In this document: positions 48,719 through 62,199 of the stretch, one piece after another
How positions within the stretch are numbered: the stretch's first letter is position 1
Layout: the number at the start of each line of letters is the position of its first letter
Source: Pavona decussata
Taxonomy: Eukaryota
NCBI GenBank assembly: GCA_977016875.1
Contig: CDRNST010000093.1
Location: 744,001 to 808,000, forward strand
Reading direction: 5' to 3'
Length of the DNA: 64,000 bases
Program-made: the position numbers and the translations under genes
Notes under the pieces: model-generated
What the model saw: the letters and a program-made list of their open reading frames with translations, nothing else
Databases searched by the model: none
Told to the model about the DNA's origin: nothing

Positions 48719-51700
48719 CTATGGATAGCCGTTGCAATACGGAGAGACAAAAGGGGGTAGATGCTTCAGAGGGGCGTCTAGCGTGAACTGTCCTGGAGCC
48801 ATTTGAAGACGAACATCTGGAACCGCACTAGGATGCGGCAAGGCTTGGTGACTGAGAGGTGCCAAGAGTTCTAGAGGCAAGCAAATAAACTTGTTTTAGC
48901 ACGAAAGATCTTTGAGAATCGCTAACACGAAGGCGCATGTATTTAAGGTGAGGGAACTCAGAATGTGTTCACACTAGAATGTGTTCACACTGTGCCGAAT
49001 CTAGTTTTGGATCCCAAAGAAATTCACAGGGGTAAAATCCTTTTGTTCAGACTGATACGCAGACGTGCATAACCAGTGTATAGCTAAAACATATAAATTG
49101 TATTGCAGTCTGTGAAAACCTACAAAGTAGCTTTTCTAATTCACTTGGGCCAAGCAAGGACGAAGTATTAGAGAACTAACTTAGCTGGATCCACTTATCA
49201 CAGCGAACTCTTATCCACTAGTAGACCATATCACTACAATTTTAGATTAAGTAACGAAAGCCCATTGTCGAGAGAGCATCTTAGGGACGATGCCTACTTA
49301 AATACCGAAGTATTTTTGCACAGTTTATGACTATGCTGAAAAAGCAGATCGAAGCAAGGGCTATGGAATCGAAAAAGAAAATTGGGGTAACCAGACATAA
49401 TTTAGCAACAACAATTCTAAAAAGCACCAAAATACAAAACAATGTATGGCATTTTTTTTTCCAAAATTAAAGCCTAATTGTCTCTGAAAAATGTGTGGTT
49501 ACCCCTAATTTTCTTTTCGGATTCCACTAACCTTTGCCAAGATCTACTTTTGCGGCATAGTTAAAAACCGCGCAAAAATAGTTTTAGCAGGCTCCGCTGT
49601 TAAAGAAACCCGACTTTCTCGGAACATCCCGAGATGCGCAGAACGTATGCGCAGTAGCAAAAGGAGGTACCGTCATTAGAATTAATAAACAACCAATTTT
49701 GAGTCACATCTTTTGAAATAACGAAGGTATAGTTTCGTAAATTCGAACAGCTTACAGACACTTGCATGATGGTCATAATCCGGATAGGTTGTCTGGAGCA
49801 TTTACAAAAAATAAAATAAAATGAACTGAACAAAAAGAACGGTGTAGCCTCTTTAAATCTGTGTAATTTCCTATATCTGGAAGTACCTTTGTGTTTACTT
49901 TATTTAAACATTTAAAATCTTCTCTTCGGTCATTTTTCTGAGATTTCCTTTGTTTTAATACCGAACCTGTTACACTGTTTCACTTTTAAGGCTTAGCAAC
50001 TCCTGAAGGACATCATCCAATTTCAGAGATATTTTTGTATTCAACTTACTGCATCTTGTCGGTATTGCATCTTTTATACAAGTGGCCCTTGCGGGTCATT
50101 AACAAGATCTAGCTGCTTTCCTAATCCTTGAATTTACGGCTACCGGTTTAAGGTTGTTTATAGCATACCAAATCCTATAATTTGAATAAGGTTAATTAAC
50201 TAATGAATCGCATTATCAATGATAATTAATAAGTGTGGGAAGCGTATCGAGAGCACGACAAACTGATTCAAAATTATATCAGCCAGGTACTAAAACTGTA
50301 ATGGCAACAACAGTGTGATAGAGATGAAAATAAAATAAAATAACGGAAATTAACCAAAAGCAAAAATTATTGAAATTTAAATACGGCTTTCCCCCCCCCC
50401 CCCCCCCCCCCACAATATGGAACTTGACAGTGAACAGGAAAACAGAAAGCAAAAATCAGGCAATCCTGGGATATTGATATTGCATTCAATATTGGATAAG
50501 ATCGAGAAGATTTATAACAATTTATTTACAAGTTGTGCTTCAAATTGGATAAGATTCGAGTGGATTACAAACGCAAAAAGTTTCGATCAACAGGTCTTAG
50601 CAGTGCTCGTGGGAAATTTTGAAACGAGCTGTGAAAGGCACCGCGATAGCTTAAATTGTTTGAAACCTTGCGGAAGGTAAGACGAGCAGCCCACAGCAAC
50701 TCTCGGAAATAAAAAAAGTGTCTGAAACTGGTGATGAATAGGCATTCAGATCATCAAAATTATCATGATAGCAAAAGCAAACCACACGCCACCTTTGAAA
50801 CATCAGAATTATACGATTTGTTTGGAAAATTCATCGGAATCACAACTAATATATCTAATTCATACGTCCAATCATTAATTCCGTCGTATAGAATAGTGAC
50901 AGATAAGTATCGAATCTGTTGGACCTTGTTTGCGTAACTGCTATCGGGCCAAATTATACTGCAATTTTTTTCAGTTCATTTCTGAAACTTGTTATGCTCA
51001 TGGAACATCAAATTAGACCTAAGGATATTTTAGAACTAACTCCGGAGAATCAGTCAGTTAAGCTTCAAGACAAAGACGCTCAATTTATAAGGTTCAAGGT
51101 TATAAAAGAGTATGGTTCTGCATTTAACCGAGATGGGGACTGGACCTACGATCGACGTGCAGCGCGCTAGAATCATCACGTGCTCAATGATCACGTGCAC
51201 CGATAGCACACACGTCTGATGAGTCGCCGTGGCAACGTCAAAATATTTTGTAGTCAACAAACGTTTGGCCCTGAGTCCGTAGATATATTGCAACTTATCA
51301 TCATCATCAAATCTCTGCGCCCCAGTAGTCGCACAAGGCCGACAACCTATAAATCAAACCAAATCGTCAGAAAAGAAAAATAGCCAGCTAACAAAGTTGC
51401 AAGACCGGAGTGAAATCTACGTCCCAGTCTTCCAACGAGTTCTTTGTATGCATTTCATTTTCATCATCTTATTCTCCAAACGTTGCCTTAAAAATAACTT
51501 CAATGAGCTTAATTTAAATTGGTTTTTCCAAATTTCCTTTTAGCATGCGATATCAATGAAGTGATAACACGATATAAAAGTTGTTCCAGAAATAACATTT
51601 AATTGATCACGTTCAATCTAACCCGGTCACCTATTATTCTTAATGCAATTAACCCCTTTTCTCTTTGCCTTCGAAGCTGTGTCAACGTCTGCCACTCTAA

Positions 51701-54700
51701 GTAAATCTGCCAAACATTGCGATATTACCAGCATACTCGCATGTAAAAAGCAAACGTGGGAGCAAGAATCGCGAGAAGAAATTGGGAAGGAGAGTGTAGT
51801 AGAAATGGGGGTCGACGCGATGCACAGTTAGAAGGTTTAGACTCCTCCGAGATGTGTTTCTTTGATACTTTGCTCTGTTTCGAAACAAATTTATGCTTTT
51901 AAAGTTATAATCTTATACTGTAGAGAAGAGATGACGATCAAAACAGAAAAGGCCTCATGACCGAACAACAAGATACAATGACTGGATGAAAAAGTGGCAA
52001 GTAAATGCCTTTAAAAAGTTAAGGAAGCTGATAAAAGGACAGAAACGAGGAAACGAAAAGATAATGAAACAAAATCGTGTGAATAAATATTTACAATAAA
52101 CTGCCCGTGTGACGTGACTTTTGACACATTTGAAAGACTTAAAGGACGTGTACACTTGCAAGTTGTCTTATGTGAGTAAACTGGAATGACCCCCTCCCTT
52201 CCCCCCTCTCCACCATTACATGTCTTTTTCTTTGAATCACAGCAAAATACACTCTCGTGCTAAGAAAAACAACTGCTATACTTAAAGGGTGTATGCCTTA
52301 ATGTGTCACTAGATGTTGTTGTTCTCACTGACAGCTTATGACTTATTTGGTCTGTGCTTAAATTTAAGTTTAATTAAACAAATACTTACTAAACAAGATA
52401 TTTTAGATAATTCGCGCGCCAAATCCTTCTTAACGTTTCCAGACGAAAAGGTGTACTGAAATCAGGACATGATGAGTAGTTACATCGGTGTAAAACTGAA
52501 TTAGAATCTGACCTCTTATAAAAGACACTTGCGCTATCTTTAAGTTTCATGGCAGGTGAGCGACGATCGAGAATTAACGTTTTCCAGAAGAACGTACTTA
52601 ACTGACATTCATCTGTGCGGGAAGTGCCGACAGTTTGCCAGTCAGTTAAAATTGGAATTTCATCTTTGTGTTATCTTGATATGTCAGGAGCCCCGACTAT
52701 TAAAGTACACCGAATTAACACTTTTCAGACGAAAAACAAAAAGGGTGAATAAACTGACCTTCATTGAGATTGGCCATGCATCCGGCGCAGTGCATCTCTT
52801 TCGGTTCCACTTGATGAGTTTGTAACACTGCGGAAGATATGAAGTGATTGGGCAGATATGGGGCTGTGATGGAGACAGGGCCGTGACCCTGGCGATACGT
52901 CAACCTATGTGGACACTCTCTATAAACAAAAAGGAGAAAATTGACTTTCCTTAGTCCTTTTTAAAACCATGGCTAACTAAGACATCTTAAAAGATCAAAG
53001 CATAGTCACTGTAGATACTTGTCTGAGACGGAAATAAGTCGATCACGGCGGTTGGTGGTATGCAACGATGTGAGACACCTCTGGGAACTAATAAGGGACT
53101 TTGTAAAGGTACCTTTAGGTCTTAAAATATGGAATCGTGTGCGCAGAGTAAAAATGTTTCATGGGATCAAGACTCTGGTTGTTCCACTCCTTGAAGACAG
53201 TCTCTTGAAACATAGTGGGAATAAAGTTACTTTCCTTAGTTCTTTGTAAATTTGTTATAAGTGATGGCGTCTTAACCACGTTGCACAACATAGTCGCTAC
53301 AGATAGGTTTCAGTCGGAAATCGTGTGGACTATGACCCTGGCGTTACACTTCAATGAATGGACACTCTAAAAACATCTCCTACAGGCGTAATTAGGTGTG
53401 TTTTCTTAGTTTCTTGCTACACATTGCTAGTTAATGCATCCTCAAAGATAAAAAAGAAGTCGTTGGATCCCTGTAAAAGCACTTACCAGAGTGCCACATG
53501 ACTATTCCACGCGTTCTTTTTTTAGCAACTTTTTTTTTCAACCCCAATATTTTCTAGGTCCTGGTTATCAACATCTGATCAATTCTTACGCTTCAACAAT
53601 TTCTTAGAAGTTGGTTCTGTCTTTATCGAGATATACTTTGCGTCAGTTATTTTTCAGCACATTGTTTCCCTTGGCTATATTAGCATTGATCATCGTTTAA
53701 GAGAACGCGTAAGAAACATTTTGCTATAAGCTGATGAAGGAGTTCCATAAACAATACGCACATGATATGCAGCCGGCTCTCAGGCCTTGACAATTCTTAC
53801 TCAGGATATATAATGAGCAGGTTATGAAGATACCCATATTACCTATGATCTTCGCGTTTATATTGGTATATAGGAATATACAAAGCAACTGGAAAGAAAC
53901 CTGCTAACAGGCGTTTTAGACAAACGTACGGTGCTTTAATTCATAGAAATGACTCAATGCCATATAAGATCGATAACAGACAGTTAATAAGCCAAGAATT
54001 CAGTTTAGATTTTTTATGTTACATTTTTTTTTTCAAGCTCTCCCTTCCCTTCCCGGACGGTATTACTGTACTAAAGGACTTATACGCGAGTTAAACAGCT
54101 TGAGCCAAGACTAATTTTTGGGTTACTGAATCTTTCTTCATTGTTAGGAAATGAAAGGTCTTTCTAAACAGCTACTTAATTAAAGTGCCCTGGAGAGGTC
54201 ACTCTATTTTGGGAAATTATAACGTTTCTTTTGATTTGATTTCAGGCTTCAATCTTTATCGAATGCGAGAACCTTCATCACATCATTCGCCGGTCTTCCT
54301 TCTCAGCGTCACTGAATCTCAAATCGACTAGTCGGTACATATTTAACGTTCGAAGTTTGTAGATGAAATTCTGTGAGATCATTCAAATAAAATCTTATAT
54401 TTGACGGTACCTTTTGTTCGTGTTTTTTGTTGTGCAATCATAATGTTTGAGATTTGTCTCTGTTTTAAGCTTGGGCAATGGCAGTAAATGGTTAATGTAA
54501 AGGGGCCAATTTCTTACAGGCTTGTCGAATGCAATGCGGGTTATCTTGGGCAGTGTAACTTTGTATTGCATAATAGTTCGCCTTGTATTTTTTTGTACCG
54601 TACAGTTTCAAGACTTAATTGCTTTTAAACGTAGTTCACATACAACAACAGTGTATCCCGTCACCAAGCCAGACGCGGCTTCATTTAGCCGCTTCAAGTC

Positions 54701-57700
54701 AGATGGTTATAGCTTAAAGCACAAAAGAGCTTCTTTGTCAGTATACCTTTTTCCCTGATGTAGAAACATTACAACCATAGCTCAACAGCTACACTGCTCC
54801 TAAAGGCCGGATGCGATGATTACAACCTCAGTTGCAACAATATTGTTACCACCTTTGAACAACTAGGCTCTTAGGCAAACTCACTACCATATAGATGTAA
54901 AATCAAATTCACTTTTCTGCAAAAATTAAATTTAAGGTTCATTTGATGGTTACGTCGCAGTGTTCTGCAATGAATGCAAACGCACTTCAGGAAGTCGTAG
55001 AGCAGCGCACGGTAGACGCAGCCCTCGAGAAGCTAATCCGTTCACAGTAAAGTGGCCTGCACTGAAGTGGTCTTTAAAGGTCATTTGTGTTTTCGTCTGA
55101 CAATATTGCCGTATTTTTCTACTTTGAATTCGTTCTTAAAGGGGCAGTGTCACCTATCTTTTTGTGTCACTTTGAATAGCCAAAAAATATATCTGAATCG
55201 ATGAAGTCGTCAAAATAATGGCTCAATTTTGTTAACAATAACCCTACTAGTGCACAGAAACGACTATTAGTTATGTTTGGTTGCAGATGGCTTGGATGGA
55301 AATGGATTGCCACTTGAAAACAATTGCCATTTTTTTCAAGTCCTTGTGTGTTGCAGAAAAGTCGCTAAAACAAGATTATGGTTTGTTTTTTTCTCAGAGG
55401 AAGCCCCTAATATTTTCTTCCTAGTGCTCTTAAATAGTAATTTCATGTTAGAAAAAAGGTCCTTTGTCAAAAAGTTGAACAGTTTTGACCAAAATACGGC
55501 AAAATTGCAAAAAAGGCAAAGAACTCCTCTGACTCAAGTTGAAAACAACGACCTAGCACAACTGTAAAAATGCTGAAGAGTACCATTTGAATGGCCACAC
55601 CATTGGGCGGATTTCACTCTTGTACAAACCAAACCATATCTGTTTCAGTTTCTGAATAGCCTTTGCAATACTGTATGTATATAGGATAATGCAAGTAAAA
55701 CTCCTTGTTGTTAAAAAGTGGTCGCGTTTGGAATTCATCCACAGACTTAAATGTTAAACCATTATGTACAACACCATAAACAGCGCTGAAAGTGCTCATG
55801 GAAGAAGAGCTTTCATCTCTGCAGTGGTCATGCGCCGAATAATTTCATACGGAGACTTAACCGGCTCAGAACTGAATGAAAACCCCGGTTCTAAAGTAAA
55901 ATTAAAAGGGCTAACTCAATAAGCGTTTACGTTTATTTTAATGTTACGTTGTACCTACCTTTGCATGGGTAATATCCTGATGGAGTCCCTGAATCCCTTT
56001 GCAAACGGGTTGCTGTCAATTTTTAGACGAGTGATCTGTAAAAATTGTTGTGACATTGTAATCGCTCTAGGGCAGAAAGATTACTTTCCTCTTTTGTTAT
56101 AATGAAGGGAATTTCACAGTGTAAAGCTGACAGAAATGCAGGAACAGAAGAGCACTAAAAACAACAACCTTTATGATAAACATACTCAGAAAAATTGGAT
56201 TAGCTGTAGGCAATGCATTTCCTATAAGAGATATGGAGGACATTCAGTTTTTGCTAAAATTGCTTCTCGCTTCGAAGAACACTTGAGAATTCGTTCTGTC
56301 TTTCCCTAATATTCCTGGTAAATAAGTCTTTGAATAAGTGTTTCCTCAACAAACGTTTAATATTTTGAAAACATTGTTGATATATCGTGACTATTGTTTG
56401 TGAGTCGAGCTCGAGGCTCTTACATACTGCATTATCCTTTATTAACCCAACCACAAAAGGGCACGAAAGATTTGCCCTACAATTTTCACTTCCGATTTTA
56501 AGGAAAATATCGGCTCTACAGGAAAGTATAACGGCTTAACGTTCTTTTGAATCGTGAACCTTAAAGATTTATTCACCCACTGACTCAAACGTCAGACCTA
56601 TAGTCAGGAAACTGTACAATAAACAATCCCATGGAAACCGACGTTTTGCGCGATTTACTCGTAGCCTTCGTTGACCTTCAGATGAATGATTAGACCACAG
56701 GAAAAGTCAAACTCTTCTGGTACTACTTAATAACCTTCATTTGAACAATCAGCACCCTTTAGAATTTCAACCGGAAAATCGATTCATTGTTAGTACCACA
56801 TCACAATACTACTGAGAGCCCATTAGGGTTAGTCCGACTTCATAGTTATTATCGAGAATATATAAATATTGGCTTTTATTGCTTGTTTCGACATATAAAT
56901 AAAGAATACCTTGAGCTTATAATAAAATAATTTATCATCCTGGTAAACAGCTTCTTGGGAGGGGCCGGTTCAATTGTGGTACGAAATAAGCAGAAACAAC
57001 ATCAATCCTTCTTCTAGGTACAACGCAAATACTAGCTCATCTTCCACAAGTTGTAAATTTTGTGAACTAAAACGGTCTACCACTAGCTGTTCTACCAAAA
57101 ATATTTCATTTAATTTGTAGGCTGTTCACAACTTTCCACGATATTCTTTTGTAAATCCGATCACCCTTCAAGTCACTTTTTTTGATCTTCGAGCTATTAG
57201 AAGCAATCATCACCTGCAACTCCAGGATCGATAGAGAATCTCAGCATATTCTTCTTACTCAGACATGCCGAAGGTTTCCGGTCTATCATTTATACTGATA
57301 AGAAAACTCATTGTAAGGTTAACATATTGCTTGCTTACCAGTTGGTTTTGATATGCAGTCACAGCGATGAAACTTGTTTCGGGAAACTTGAAGGTTTTGG
57401 CTTCTTTGGAATTAAGATCAACCACTGAGGCTGTGTGGTCTCGTTTTCTGACGATATGTACTCGAGGTTGATATTTGTGCATGGAGTTTAGAACGATCTG
57501 GCAAGAAAGTCATATTTATGACATTACATTGCAAACGAAGTTGACAAGCTGTATAGCAATGGCGCTTTTAAATTTGCGTGTCCCGTCATTCAACAAAACT
57601 CAAGAGCGGGAGAAATAAAACTAAAAGCAATGAATGTGCTTGGTTTATTCCAAAATGTTGCCTTTTAATCTGACTTAAACGAAATAAGAGGAGACGGTCT

Positions 57701-60700
57701 CTGTTAGGTTTTATCACTGAGTTAACTATATAACCTTTTCCCTTTCTGTCACAGCCCCTACCAAGATACCCGAAGCATATACATTCTTCATTACTGTCAG
57801 TTTTAATACCTGATAATCGGTTCGAAATGCCATTTGTTCGTTTATCGAAAACATAAGATTTAAAAAAGAAACATATTCATCAGGAAAAGGAATATTGTAT
57901 TGGTTGATGGAAAGCTAGAAAGTAAGACAATTTCGTGGAAAAGATTAACAAGCATTTCGTTCTACAGTACATTCCACTTAATTATAAATCGGATGAAAGT
58001 GTTTTTGACCCACTTCTTTGTACCAACAATGATGTATTTCCATTTAAAGTTGTTTGAGCTTAATTAAATATAAAAATGAAAAAAGGGCCTATTGGCCACC
58101 AATTTAGAAGGTCCGGTCGGACAAGAGACAAAAAAACCCAAGATGAATGTCATCCGCTTTGAGAACGCCGACCGTTATCTGCGTGGGAACCGAGAAGGTA
58201 GAAAAAGCCACATCCAAAGCTGGGTGCGGCAATCTTGTTCTGTGTTTGACTTCACGTAGTCCACCACGGTAGAGAAATCCATGGAAATAAATTGTTCTTT
58301 TTGTCACATCTTAGAACATTTTTATCAATATACTAGATATGGTGCACTAGCTTTATGGACGCTCATAATGTTAGTATACTTACATGCCCACTTTGATCCA
58401 TTCCGTTGTTGGTCAGTTTGACTTTCTCGAATGATATAATCTGCTTTAGAAGCTGTTCGCCAGTAAAAGGAGAATCTGGATGCATATACAGCCTAACAGG
58501 GGCTGGTGGATCTGCTTTACCTGCTACAAGCCAAGTAGAGCGGTGGTAGGCGTATCTGTAGCGTTTGTCGTCCACAGGTACAGTATCCATAAGGATCATG
58601 TAATTGGCTTTGGGATCAACGCCATTCAGTGATATCTTGAGAGTCGGGAACATCCTCCTTTGAAAGAATGTTAAAATGATTAAAACATCTTTGTTTTAAC
58701 CTTCTGCAAAGCTAGCTAACGTATTTCTACAAATTGTCTTTGCTTAATCCTTCTTAATATGCACGCACGTACGTATCAGGCTTTTCTGACCAGTGTACAT
58801 GCACAATTTAGTTCAGGATTCGTAATGAAACTAGGAAGGACACTAGGACAACAGCACTGTCTTAAGGAATATTATTTATTAGATTCCAAATTAGAACCAG
58901 AGATAACAATTGTCCAGTTCATGCTACTGACAGTTCAACTAGTAAAAGCCGTGTTCAGGTTTTAGTTCGTGATAAAGAAATAAAGTAAATTTTGTGATAA
59001 AGAAATGTTATTGTTTGGAACTTTTACTAAATTGGAAGTTTTCCGTAAATTCGAAATGTCTTCCAGTGTTCTCAAGTTTTTCTATAAAAGACAATTATAC
59101 ATGCAAGGTGTAACACTGAAGAGACCGTGTTTCACAATAAATAATTTGAACACTGACACAAGACGATTTCACAGTGCCACAGAAACAAAATTGCAGTCCT
59201 CATTGTTTACTGTTAAGTACCGCCAAAGTGTGTTAATGTGAACAAAGATTTTCAAAGCAAGTTTCAAATATAAGTATATAATTTGTACTATAAAAAAGTC
59301 GGAAAAACATCATTATTTCAGCAACTTACTACTTTTTTATGCGAATGCTCACAAGTGCGATTTAATTTCTGTTCAGCCACTAACATCGTTGCCATCACAA
59401 GTTGCTCAAGCACGATTAATTGAGATATTTGAAAAAGGTTTCCATACATGCCTATTTATTTTGCATTCTTTTAGAATCCTTCTCTTTAATTATCAGAAAA
59501 ATTTGCAATGCCCATTTTGCTGACATTGCTGGATGCCGAAAATGGATTGGGAAATTTTCCTCACTCATATTCGTGAAAATTTACAAAGAGACGACAGCCT
59601 GATGAAGGAAATTGTCGGTCGGTCTTTATGTTGAAGCCGCTAAAGACATGTTGTATGTTTTTCCAACAGGTTTAATACTTACTTAGATTGTTAGCATCAT
59701 TCTACTATGTTTGTTGATATCCGATTGCTTTTGCGACGAATCCTAACCAACGTAGATGAAAAAAACATTTGATTGGTACATGATATACTCATGCACTCGC
59801 ACAATATTTCAAGTCTTGACTCAGCAAATTCCAATTGAAATTTTCATGCACCACTATTGAAATGAAAACTGCAAAACAGTACTTTGATATCGGACGTTGT
59901 TTGTTCTCCGTTATTTTACAAGGAAGAAATTCCTTTGTTTTGAGCTTGAATGTTCTCGGGAGTGAAGATTGAGGCCAAGGCGCCAGCTGCTATCAACTTG
60001 TAAACAACACGATTATTACTTTGAAGAACAAGGACAAGAGCGTATTTTCATAACTGTAAAACATCCTTTATTACTCTCAAAAGGAACAACATAAACGAAC
60101 CCTATACAAATAAATTGTAAAATCCACCCTTGTATGATATGTTTTCTTTTTCTCGATTTCTGAGCTTCTGTAGCTTAATCGGAAAGCTTAAATGGTAATG
60201 TTAGCGAAGACAAACTGTTGACATGGTCTGTTTGCGAAATTTGTTTACATCAAAGAGTTACAACATTTTTTTACTTAAGGGCAATTATTCTAATGTTGTA
60301 ACATGACTTTTAGGAGTCAAAGATGAAAACAGTAACTAGTTATCTGTTTCGTGAGTCGGCACTGAAGCCTTCCCAAAATAGCTGTCAGTAAGCCAATAAA
60401 TAAAACACGGTGTGAAGTATCTGAATCTCTGCGGTCGGCATCTCAAAGCAACCCAACCATTTAGATCACATTATCGTACAGTCAAAATACTTCGTACATA
60501 TTGCTTGTTTTTTTCTTTACTACTCCTATTCATTAAATCGCAACGATGATTTGAGTACTGAACATTTCGGTTCACTGGGAGCCCGATCTGGTCTCCCTGG
60601 TTCGTCATATACTTCTCCTAAAGATGGCGTCCCGTCAGTAAAACCCGCCTGTTTCTTAAACCATAGAGTTCTCTTAGCCGCTCAGGCATAGTAAATGCGT

Positions 60701-61527
60701 TTTAGTCAAAAGAGTATTCCAAATCATCTTTAGACACCGGCGGTTTTGAGCGCTTGTTGTTGACAAATTGGATTGACTCTTACCTGCCTGACTTTGTTAT
60801 GATCATCTCTGTACCCAGTTCATTGAAGCGATCCCACAGATCTCGACTCTCTAAAGTTGCTGTTACACTCTCTAGATCTTCAGAGGCTTCTGAAGAAGAA
60901 ACTGTCGAGCTTCTTACGTCCGTAGAAACATTTTCTTGGCTGCTTTCCTCACATGACTTAAATCTCTTTCCATTTGCAGACCCTTCAGCAACATCTTCAT
61001 TTGTGCAAGTCTTCTTTCTCTTCGCTTCGTCTGTGCCTAAGATAAACAAATAGGTAGTTTCAAAAGTTAAAATCATGCCGAAGACACATCAGGACGGATA
61101 GGTCGTATAAAGATTATTAAATCAACAACTGCCTCCTTTCCCCTAGGAAAGAAAAACGTATTTCTTTGAGGAGAGTCATCTTGTTTACTCGTCGCTTTTA
61201 TCTCGTGGCCATCAGTTTTCATTCAAGATGTCTGAAACTCAGAGTAAGTCGAGGACATCACGTACAAAGTAGTTGATTAATTACTATGAAATTGTTATTT
61301 CTCTTCATGAGCTCTAACGTTTGAAGTTCTCAATGGCAGTTAAAGCAATCTATCTCATTGAAATGGAGGCTTGATTCATTATGTAATTGACTTCTAAAGT
61401 TCTGAAAACACGGAAGACTGCGAGCATTACATGTCAATGTACCGCTTTCATCCGAAGCCATCAAGGATGCAATCGAGAAAGCAGTGGCTTTGGAGGAGAG
61501 ATGCGACTGTGAGTTGCATTCGGCCAT
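48719..61527 (-). CDS. TBX20: T-box transcription factor Tbx20 ortholog, ~386 aa, 7 predicted coding exons
   Basis: Exons 61527-61443, 61036-60784, 58657-58384, 57497-57339, 56035-55959, 52919-52759 and (tentative) 48870-48719; all GT-AG and phase-consistent. N-terminal [14 protein letters not shown] (eh1, Tbx20-type). T-box [71 protein letters not shown]. The last two exons are less certain, and an alternative in-frame ATG lies at 61563. Confidence 0.88.
49281..49600. mobile_element. Hairpin/MITE-like repeat in the last predicted Tbx20 intron
   Basis: TATTTTTGCACAGTTTATGACTATGC..AAAAGCAGATC is inverted as GATCTACTTTT..GCATAGTTAAAAACCGCGCAAAAATA; AGAAAATTGGGGTAACC vs GGTTACCCCTAATTTTCT. Confidence 0.55.
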
Positions 61528-61619
61528 AATGGTCTTACGTCTAAAAACAAATTTTGACACCATTCATCTCACCCGCTGTTGTCTCCAAACAAGTTATAAA
61601 CAGCTATTAACGAAACTGT

Positions 61620-61657
61620 TGATTGGATCACGGCTTATTCTTTGTATAAGCCAATCA
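61620..61657. promoter_or_regulatory. Pair of oppositely oriented CCAAT boxes, putative Tbx20 proximal promoter
   Basis: ATTGG at 61622-61626 and CCAAT at 61651-61655, ~95-130 bp upstream of ATG 61527. Confidence 0.3.
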
Positions 61658-62199
61658 AAATTTCAGGTTATGATGCATGTGAAATTGAACACTGTCAAGC
61701 AATAGTTGCTAAACACTTATGGCAAACATTGGTTTGTGGGTGGCAAGGACGTGGTTTCTAAGGTACGGTTTGTGACCCAACGGGTTCTACACCGATCTGA
61801 ACGGTTTATTTTAAGGTGGTGAATGTTCGTGTAGCGCATAGCATAGAATCACGCACATACCCAAATAGGTCTAGACAATTTGACATTAGAATTCGTTATC
61901 GTACTTTACCATCACCTCTGATGACCTATCCTGTTGGACAAGAAGGTAACAAAGTACAGAATAGGCTGATGCTACTGACACTCCTACCACAGTATTTTGC
62001 CTCATCAAAAATTGCAAATATATTTCTACACAAAGCAAATGAAAAGGTTTATCAGTATGATGATAATAATATTCGCACAATGGCTTATACATTCTCAGCA
62101 CGAAGCACACTGACTTTTCAAATAAAATTGTGAAGAAAAGACCTGGAACATTCCATGACGCTTTAATAGCGTGCAGTCGGCAATCAATGGCAGTAATAC

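Noticed and set aside
48960-48991. Tandem 16-mer AGAATGTGTTCACACT x2 resembling T-box half-sites in a Tbx20 intron
   Set aside because: Imperfect match to TCACACCT; a simple local duplication explains it.
51697-51888. Possible extra Tbx20 exon
   Set aside because: In the required phase 1 it hits a stop after 12 codons; it could be an alternative terminal exon but is unsupported.
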